DNA of 64,000 nucleotides, taken from IMG/VR virus record IMGVR_UViG_3300028844_004047, positions 1-64,000 of that record; one strand, given 5' to 3'. This DNA comes from a virus. Made by a program: the position numbers and the translations under genes. Shown here one piece after another: positions 57,029 through 64,000 of this stretch. Numbering within the stretch: the stretch's first letter is position 1; each line of letters begins with the position of its first letter. The notes beneath the pieces are model-generated. The model searched no databases, was not told the DNA's origin, and was given only the letters and a program-made list of their open reading frames with translations.

Positions 57029-59775
57029 TATCAATTCTAATAAATTAGAATCTCGTAAATTTTATAGTGAAGAAGAACTAGCAGAATTATTTGGTATAGG
57101 TAAAAAAGAAACACCTGTTAAACAAAGTGATGCTTTTAAAGTTTTACAAAATATTGAAATGAGAAAATCAGGAACACATCCTGTAAAATTCAGTGATGGT
57201 TACACAGTTGATATTGATCCAATAATTGCAAAAAAAATTAATGCCTGGGTAGCAAAAAGAGATAAGAAAGATCAAGCAGGTGCAGAAGGTTTAGTACGCA
57301 GTTGGGAAGGCTTTCAAAAGATTGCTAAAGTATTAGGTATACAAGATAAACTTCCAGTTCCAAGAACTGTTGAAGATACCAATGAATCAGAAAAGCGTTG
57401 GAAACAAACTAGTATGTCTCCAGCAGAAGCAGAAAAAGAATACGGTAAAGAAAACGTAAAAGTTAAAAAAGGTGCATTGCGTAATGGCGATGACATGGTA
57501 GAAGTATTTGTTGAAGATACAAACGAAGAATTAAATGCTATTTTATCATTAGCAGGTATTAGCACAATGACACCAGTACAGGCGATTGTTGCAGAATCTA
57601 AAGAAGAAGTAACAGAAATGAACAAGTATGGTATTTCGGCTGTACATAAAGGCGGAAAGTTTTATGCATTTAGACATGGTAAAATGGTCGGTGGACCTTT
57701 TGATACTATGCAAGAGTTACAAGACTTCCAACTAAAAAGTATTGAAAACGAATCATATGATATGACACCAGGTGGTCAAGTTGAGTATGAATTTACAAAA
57801 GCAGATTTCCTTGCTAACGAAGATGAGAATATGCATACTGAAAATGCAATGGAACTTGTAGCAAAGTTTGGTACTGAAGAAGAAATTAAACGCATGGAAA
57901 TGATTATGACTGCACACAATACACGTGGTCACATTGAGCCTGCTGAACAAGAAGAACGTGATAGTTATGTTAGAAAATACTATCCAATGTTAGAAGATAC
58001 TGTAGAAGAAGTAGCAAGTCCAGAAGAACAAGCACAGCCAAGCAGTGTTGCTATGGACACATTAAGATTGATTGTTACTAACAAACAAAATATGCCAGTT
58101 AAGTTTGCAGATGGTCAAATGAAAGTTGACTTATATACTGCAAGTGCTATTACACAAGTATATGATAAAGTTAACGACGCTAATAAACAAAAGATGCTTA
58201 ATATGTTAGGTACTAAAGAAGGTATGGTTAAATTAACTAACCTTGTGTTTGGTATGCTAAACAAAAAAGAAAGCATTGGTGAAGGACTAGAACAAGATTT
58301 AGTTGATATGTACAAAGGCGATGGCGAAGCAGGTCTTGCCGATTATATTATCACACACTTAGGTGTAGATGAAAAACAATTTGAAAAAGAATTTGAAAAA
58401 GCCGGAAATGCAATGAAGTTTATTAAAAACTTCGTAGCAAAACAAAATGAAGGTAAGAGTCCACATAAAAAAGGTACTGCAAAGTATAAGAAGCATATGG
58501 CGGCAATGCACGCCGAAAGTTTAGAAATTTCCGAAGATGCATACAATCGTATTGAAGCATTTAGAGATAGCAGATTACAAGAACTATCATCTACAGAATC
58601 AGATGAGGTTAAAGGAATATTAGAAGACTTTGAAAAAGACGAAGTTAAAATAATATTAGACAAACATGATGTTAAAAGTATAGACGATATAGAACTTGGT
58701 TCTGAAGTTTATGAAGAATTATTTGCATATTATATGGATTCAGGTGAAATGCCATACGGTGTAATGAAAGCCAGAACTGGTATGCCAGATGAATGGATTG
58801 CAGATAGATTAGACGATTTAGGTCTTTTAGAGCAAAACATTGAAAGCAATAACGTATTTAATAATTTACAAGATGTAAAAAGAACAAGTGAAGGTGAAGA
58901 GAACATGGCACAAGCAAAGGCTATGAGAGGTTCACAGTTTACAGATAAACAAATTAAAATGGCATTTGGTATTTTAAACGATCCAAAGTTTAAAGGTGGT
59001 AACTATAGTGGAGCAGTTGAAGTTATTAACAAAGTTGCACCAGGTTTAGCAGATCATCCATCAGTAGAGTGAATGCTGTGATGCTCCATTAGACAATTAT
59101 CAAAACGAATTAGGTATTTGTAGTGATTGTGGAGAACACGCCGGTGCTCATAATGTTGATGAATCAGTTGATATCAATACAGGAAAACCAGTACCTAAAA
59201 CTAATTTTATGGGCGTTAATGTAAGAAGTAAAGAAGATAGAATTAGAGATAAAGAAACACAAATTGCACTAGCAAAACGTAACGCACCTAAAAGTGGATT
59301 GAAAGCAAAAGATGTTCCACAGTTAGAAAAAGAACTTGCTGATCTTAAAAATGAAGGGTATGCAAGATTACCTGATATGCCTGAGAAGTATGTAGCAAGA
59401 GATGGACTAGAAGGTCCTATTATGACACGTTCAGGTAAAGTTGTTTACTACGATAACGTAGAAGGCAAATACTATGATCCAGACACAGATATGTATTTGA
59501 CATACGATGAATGGAAAGCATATGATTTCATAGGCTGGCAATTACCAATTAAACAAGAAGACGAAGTTATGGAAGAAAAATTAACTGTAACAATGGCAGA
59601 CATGAAGTTAAACACTAAAGCATATCAAAATCTTTTAAAAGGCGACGAAAAGTATATTGCTGATAAAGAATTGATGAAACACATTTTAGCAAATGGCGGT
59701 AGAGAAAAATTAGCCGCAAGTTGCAATTATGAAAGTGCTGAATTAGACCGTTTAAAGCATCTGTCAGGATTGTAA
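57015..59775 (+). CDS. large modular head/internal polyprotein, frame break near 59066
   Basis: Many modules separated by xxE(S/D/G) linkers; first frame stops at 59072, +1 frame open 59068-59775 with no upstream start; ends ELDRLKHLSGL. Confidence 0.7.
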
Positions 59776-59779
59776 TAGA

Positions 59780-59974
59780 ATGTCCTTTAAGGACACAAAC
59801 TACGCCGCCTTAGATTATTGTCAAAATTGCGGACATGGATCACATTGCGGAGGTTCTTTATGGAAAGAAGTAATAGACTATCCGTCCGAACAACCAAAAG
59901 AATACAGACAAATAGAAGTTTGTAAACATTGTAGATGTAAAAAATGCTTAACGAACGACAACAAAGTATCTTAA
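59780..59974 (+). CDS. small Cys-rich Zn-binding protein
   Basis: CQNCGHGSHCG...CKHCRCKKC. Confidence 0.7.
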   Translation: MSFKDTNYAALDYCQNCGHGSHCGGSLWKEVIDYPSEQPKEYRQIEVCKHCRCKKCLTNDNKVS

Positions 59975-60602
59975 ACAAAACTTCTCCTACACTCATCATT
60001 AAAAATTTTATATCTGAACCAGAACAGATACACTTACTAAACATACACAAAGATAGACCAGATTCTGAAAAAGTATTTAAGAATACAGGTCCTATTGCTA
60101 GTAAGTTACCACATAAAGACGACGGACACTTCCAAAATATAATGAGTAGAGTTGAAGACGTACTTCGTACAAAAGTAAAACCATTCGGTGGTAATTACTT
60201 CACTGTACGACATCCACATATACTACACAATGATGTACCACACGACCATAATATTATACCTGGTAAGTGTATAGTATTACCATTGGAAAAAGTATATACA
60301 AAATATCAATTTCCTATGTTAGATGACGCACAGTTTTATATCTTTGATCAAATGTATTTTGATCGTCCAGTTAAACATATGAAGATGTTTATAACTTACA
60401 TGAAGACAATAGACTACCTGACACAAAAACAGGACATATGAAAGATGAGTGGCTAGAAGGATTTAGTGTTGAATCTGCTTGTAATTGGGTACCAGGTGAT
60501 GCTATTATATTTGATTGTGCTAGACTACATTGTGCTAGTAACTTTATGGATAATGGTATAGAAGAAAAAACCGGATTAAGTATCTTTACGGAGTATGCAT
60601 AA
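59944..60602 (+). pseudogene. 2OG-Fe(II) oxygenase-like gene split by frameshift near 60375
   Basis: HND motif in first frame; W.PGDAIIFD..RLHCASNF..K.GLSIF in -1 frame ending at TAA 60602. Confidence 0.75.
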
Positions 60603-61312
60603 TGATATTCACGTTTGGAGATAGTTGGACTGCAAAATGGCAAAGTTATAAACCATGGCCCGCACTATTAGATAAACCAAGTAAAAACTTCGCCGCGGCT
60701 GGTTCTAGTAATAAACAAATACTTGACCAAGTATGCGAAGCAAGTTTAGATTATCCAGACGAAGACGTAGAAGCAATTATAGTTGCATTTACAAGTATCA
60801 ATAGAATGACTGTTAATATTAGTGTTAACAGTGAATTGTGTATATCAGACCATCCAGATCCTTGGTATGCAGATGTACAACAAAGAGTATTTGATGATGG
60901 AGTAACATTAAAAAATGTTATGGAATATTCATTATACAACTTTCACGCAATTGAATGCGTGGCAAAACAAACTTGGGATTGTGACGTGTATTTTATACCT
61001 GTCTTTGAAGATGACGATTATTGGAGGAAACAAGAACCTTTTTTACAATACAGCCTAATAAACTTATTGCACTTTGAAGAAAAGCAAAAGTATTTCATGT
61101 ATAACTGTCCTGTGTATGAATTAGGGTATATGCAAGATCCTAATGAACTTGGACAAGCATGGTTAGATAAGAACTGTGATAGTAATTGGCGTAAAGCACA
61201 CTTTGAAAGAAGTGATTATACTTTAAATAGTAACTTATTTGACAATACACAACACCCTAATCAACGAGGACACGAGATACTAGCAAATTATTTTAATAAA
61301 GTTTTGAGCTAA
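60602..61312 (+). CDS. SGNH/GDSL hydrolase-like protein
   Basis: FGDSWT, NFAAAGSSN, DNTQHPN..GH. Confidence 0.8.
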   Translation: MIFTFGDSWTAKWQSYKPWPALLDKPSKNFAAAGSSNKQILDQVCEASLDYPDEDVEAIIVAFTSINRMTVNISVNSELCISDHPDPWYADVQQRVFDDGVTLKNVMEYSLYNFHAIECVAKQTWDCDVYFIPVFEDDDYWRKQEPFLQYSLINLLHFEEKQKYFMYNCPVYELGYMQDPNELGQAWLDKNCDSNWRKAHFERSDYTLNSNLFDNTQHPNQRGHEILANYFNKVLS

Positions 61313-61320
61313 ATACTAAT

Positions 61321-61896
61321 ATGAAATACAAAGATATATTACCAGTCAACGAAGGTGTACAATATCACCAAACAAATAAGATCCCGCTTCACGAATCAAT
61401 TTTTCGTTTAGGCAGTGACGAATACTTTCAAATGTTTAGAGATGCAAGGAAACTATATGCAGAAGGTAAGTTAAAAGACTTACATCCATATGATGAAGAA
61501 ATACTTCGCGATACATTGCTTGGAGAGTGGGAACAGTTAAGAGTAGGTAATGTGCCTTTGGATATGATTATCAGCGAAGAGAATCATCAAGCATTCTTAG
61601 AAGCAGAGTATCAAGGCAAAAAAGTAAGTTTAAATAAACCTAAACGTGGTGGCAGTAAAAAGTTTTATGTGTATACAAAAAACAAAAAAGGCAATGTTAT
61701 TAAAGTATCCTTTGGTGCCGACAGCGGTGGCGGAAAATTAGCAGTTAAGTTAAGAGATCCAAAAGCAAGAAAAGCCTTTGCAGATAGACATAATTGTGAT
61801 CAAAAGAACGACAAAACTAAAGCAGGTTATTGGAGTTGCCGTTTACCACGTTATGCAAAAAGTTTAGGATTAAGTGGTGGCGGAACTTGGTGGTAA
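61321..61896 (+). CDS. putative internal head protein (two modules)
   Basis: MKYKDILPVNE; second module EAEYQGKKVSLNKP..F.DRHNC..AGYWSC. Confidence 0.7.
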   Translation: MKYKDILPVNEGVQYHQTNKIPLHESIFRLGSDEYFQMFRDARKLYAEGKLKDLHPYDEEILRDTLLGEWEQLRVGNVPLDMIISEENHQAFLEAEYQGKKVSLNKPKRGGSKKFYVYTKNKKGNVIKVSFGADSGGGKLAVKLRDPKARKAFADRHNCDQKNDKTKAGYWSCRLPRYAKSLGLSGGGTWW

Positions 61897-62164
61897 TGCT
61901 TTTCCTTTTGTAGAGGAAAACCTTTCAAAAAATAGACGAATTAGAATGTTCCCAGAAACTGTTTGGGAAGAAGATTTAGTGTGGCACAGAGATGCTGAAG
62001 ACCGTACTATTAAAGTTATTAGTAGCAATGGTTGGAAATTGCAAATGGACAATGAACTGCCTAAGGACTTAATAATAGGCGAATCGCATTTTATTCCTAA
62101 AAAAGAGTATCATAGGGTAATCAAAGGCGAAGGTGAATTGATTGTAGAAATAGTATCTGATTAA
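61874..62164 (+). CDS. small cupin protein
   Basis: LVWHRD, FIPKKEYHRVIKG. Confidence 0.75.
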   Translation: MVAELGGNAFPFVEENLSKNRRIRMFPETVWEEDLVWHRDAEDRTIKVISSNGWKLQMDNELPKDLIIGESHFIPKKEYHRVIKGEGELIVEIVSD

Positions 62165-62194
62165 GATAAATAGTTTATATTATAGGAATACACA

Positions 62195-63259
62195 ATGAGA
62201 GCAAGACAGTTTTTAAAAGAATATACAGATTTAAGTACTGCTAAAGCAGAAATACTTAAAAGTATCAATGCCATTGACCCGGACACAAAAGATGAAGATG
62301 CCCGTGCAAAAGCAGAAAAAGTATTAGATAAGATTTACACTGTTCTTAATAAAAACTCAGTGCTAGACAGATTCACATCAGTACTACCATCCATACTTAA
62401 AGATGAATACAACGATACGCAGATAATGAAAATTGCCGGTGAAATTGCGAAGGCGCCATTATCCTATGCTGAAAAAATGAAGTTCACAGAAAATCTAGCA
62501 AGTAATAAAGTAATCAATGCCAAAGTATTAGTAACACCAGGTACATATACTATTGATAAATTATGTTATGATAGTTCACTTAACAAAGAAGTATTTTTAC
62601 ATTTAAGAAGTTACGGTGTTGGACAACAAATGAAAGGTCCAATGGAACACGCATTGGCAATTTTAAGTTCAGGTATTAGTATTAAAGGTAAAGGTGATGT
62701 TACAGTAGGTACTACTCCTGTAGAAGTTAAAGCGGCAATTGGTGAGAAAAAAGGTTCAGGCGGTGGACGTTTTGGTGAAGCCGGTGAAGTTCCAGGTAGA
62801 GAGGCTATGATTGCCATCATACAATCATACGAATGGTTAGCAGGTCCTGTTAATGAATACCTAGAAGGACAAGCAAGTCTAAACGTTGAGAATTTTACAA
62901 AAATTGTTAATGCCACAGGTGCAGAACCGAGTGAACGTAAAAAACTTGGTGATGAGATATTTGGCAAAATCTTCCCAGGCAAGTCAGGACAAATTGTTTC
63001 AGTATTCCAAAATAAAAACGCAGACCCCAATGAAGTTAGAAAAGCATATATCAAAGCAAACTTTGATTGGTACAAAGATTCAGACATGGGCGGTGCTTGG
63101 CAAGTACTAGTAGGAATTAGTATGGCAGATAACTCCGTGGGAGTTATGAAGGATTCTAGCGATTTCGATAAAGTTGCTACTGCTAAAAAGAACCCAGCAA
63201 TCATTACCACTGGTAAACCAATGGAAATGTTATTCCAATTTAATCCAAAATTATCATAA
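62195..63259 (+). CDS. putative head-packaged PD-(D/E)XK nuclease-fold protein
   Basis: MRARQFLKE leader; GPMEHAL..GKGDV.....EVK. Confidence 0.55.
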   Translation: MRARQFLKEYTDLSTAKAEILKSINAIDPDTKDEDARAKAEKVLDKIYTVLNKNSVLDRFTSVLPSILKDEYNDTQIMKIAGEIAKAPLSYAEKMKFTENLASNKVINAKVLVTPGTYTIDKLCYDSSLNKEVFLHLRSYGVGQQMKGPMEHALAILSSGISIKGKGDVTVGTTPVEVKAAIGEKKGSGGGRFGEAGEVPGREAMIAIIQSYEWLAGPVNEYLEGQASLNVENFTKIVNATGAEPSERKKLGDEIFGKIFPGKSGQIVSVFQNKNADPNEVRKAYIKANFDWYKDSDMGGAWQVLVGISMADNSVGVMKDSSDFDKVATAKKNPAIITTGKPMEMLFQFNPKLS

Positions 63260-63265
63260 TTATAG

Positions 63266-63295
63266 GTTGACAACCAGTCAACAATATTGTATTAT
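63266..63295 (+). promoter_or_regulatory. sigma70-type promoter with operator-like inverted repeat
   Basis: TTGACA-17bp-TATTAT; GTTGAC-aacca-GTCAAC over the -35. Confidence 0.7.
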
Positions 63296-63338
63296 AGTAA
63301 CAATATATCAATAATATCCAACGGATAAAGGAGTTCAA

Positions 63339-63617
63339 ATGAGTGCAGATAAAGTATTCAATCCTGAAGAAAAAGCAAAATTGACTCAGGTAATTAATGA
63401 AGGCATTAGTGTAATGCAAGAAGTTGAAGATCTAAACGAAGGTCTTTCGGATACTGTTAAAGCGATTGCAGAAGAAATGCAAATCAAACCAGCAGTATTA
63501 AAAAAAGCAATCAGAACAGCCCACAAAGGAAACTTTCAAGAGAATGCAGATGACTATGGTAGCATGGAGAATATCCTTGCAACAGTAGGAAAAATTGGCA
63601 CCACTGGATCTAACTAG
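63339..63617 (+). CDS. T4 DsbA/GapR-like dsDNA-binding protein
   Basis: AAGGAG RBS; helical, I.EE..IKPAVLKKAIR.AHK. Confidence 0.65.
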   Translation: MSADKVFNPEEKAKLTQVINEGISVMQEVEDLNEGLSDTVKAIAEEMQIKPAVLKKAIRTAHKGNFQENADDYGSMENILATVGKIGTTGSN

Positions 63618-63898
63618 TGGAAAAGATTAAAGCATTTTGGGTAAATTCATACAAAAGCGATAAAACGGCTTTTGGATTTGAATTAGTAAGTTTTGTGTTT
63701 ACAGTTGGCGCAAGTTTAACTTTGGCTTTTAATGCCAGAGATCCTAATATGCTAATTGTATATCCTGGATTTTTCGTTGGATCATTAACACAATGTTATG
63801 CAAGTGTTCGCAGAGGAGCGGCTTGGGTAACAGTATTAACATTCTACTTTAGTTGTGTAAACGTATTTGGATACGGTATCGCGGCAGGGTGGTGGTAA
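63617..63898 (+). CDS. small multi-TM membrane protein
   Basis: GTG coupled start; three hydrophobic helices. Confidence 0.65.
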   Translation: MEKIKAFWVNSYKSDKTAFGFELVSFVFTVGASLTLAFNARDPNMLIVYPGFFVGSLTQCYASVRRGAAWVTVLTFYFSCVNVFGYGIAAGWW

Positions 63899-63914
63899 CA
63901 AATAGAGGACATTT

Positions 63915-64000
63915 ATGAAAGAAGGATTTAGAATCCCTTTAACTAAATTTAAAGTCAGACAAGGTGATGTTGTTTTAGAACAAGGTTGTAGTTTTGATGA
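63915..64000 (+). CDS. 5' part of a gene, possibly a peroxiredoxin/redoxin
   Basis: GAGG RBS; MKEGFRIPLTKFKVRQGD resembles Prx5-type N-terminus; truncated by window. Confidence 0.4.
   Translation, partial: MKEGFRIPLTKFKVRQGDVVLEQGCSFD

Noticed and set aside
1-64000. Stop-codon reassignment
   Set aside because: TAA, TAG and TGA all end intact conserved genes; the three broken genes need frameshifts, not readthrough; no suppressor tRNA
1-64000. Bacterial chromosome origin given many housekeeping genes
   Set aside because: Host-like genes are interspersed with T4-type baseplate, clamp loader, lysis genes and phage promoter classes

Overview
64 kb of an AT-rich, gene-dense, mostly plus-strand genome from a large tailed phage (T4-like or jumbo myovirus type), probably marine. 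The PRPP synthetase motifs point to an alphaproteobacterial host. Two promoter classes recur: sigma70-type early promoters (AGGTTGACA-16/17 bp-TATTAT, often followed by a shared GTAAGTTAA leader) and T4-like late motifs (TAAATA). Contents: UV endonuclease, ATP-dependent ligase, clamp loader, a stand-alone DnaE palm fragment, 4 tRNAs, baseplate/tail genes, a lysis block (GH108, spanins, holin-like), and many host-type auxiliary genes (fpr, fdx, SufT, IscA, infA, def, dnaJ, clpA, groES, htrA, prs, rpiB, phoH, PiT-like transporter, ATE/Bpt-like transferase, amidinotransferase, 2OG-Fe(II) oxygenases). A long block encodes probable head-packaged modular proteins with T4-internal-protein-like N-termini. 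Best novelty candidates: (1) a kissing-loop RNA at 38469-38545 whose linker is antisense to the conserved leader and SD of many early genes, between an OB-fold-like gene and a SutA-like gene; (2) a possible phage N-degron pathway (ATE/Bpt-like enzyme, PDF, ClpA, tRNA-Leu/Arg); (3) protease-punctuated injected polyproteins with shuffled modules; (4) a tRNA-Trp with a type II-like variable arm; (5) a ParB-like plus HNH gene pair. Three genes are broken by frameshifts that may be assembly artefacts. All family calls come from motif recognition by eye; no searches were run.
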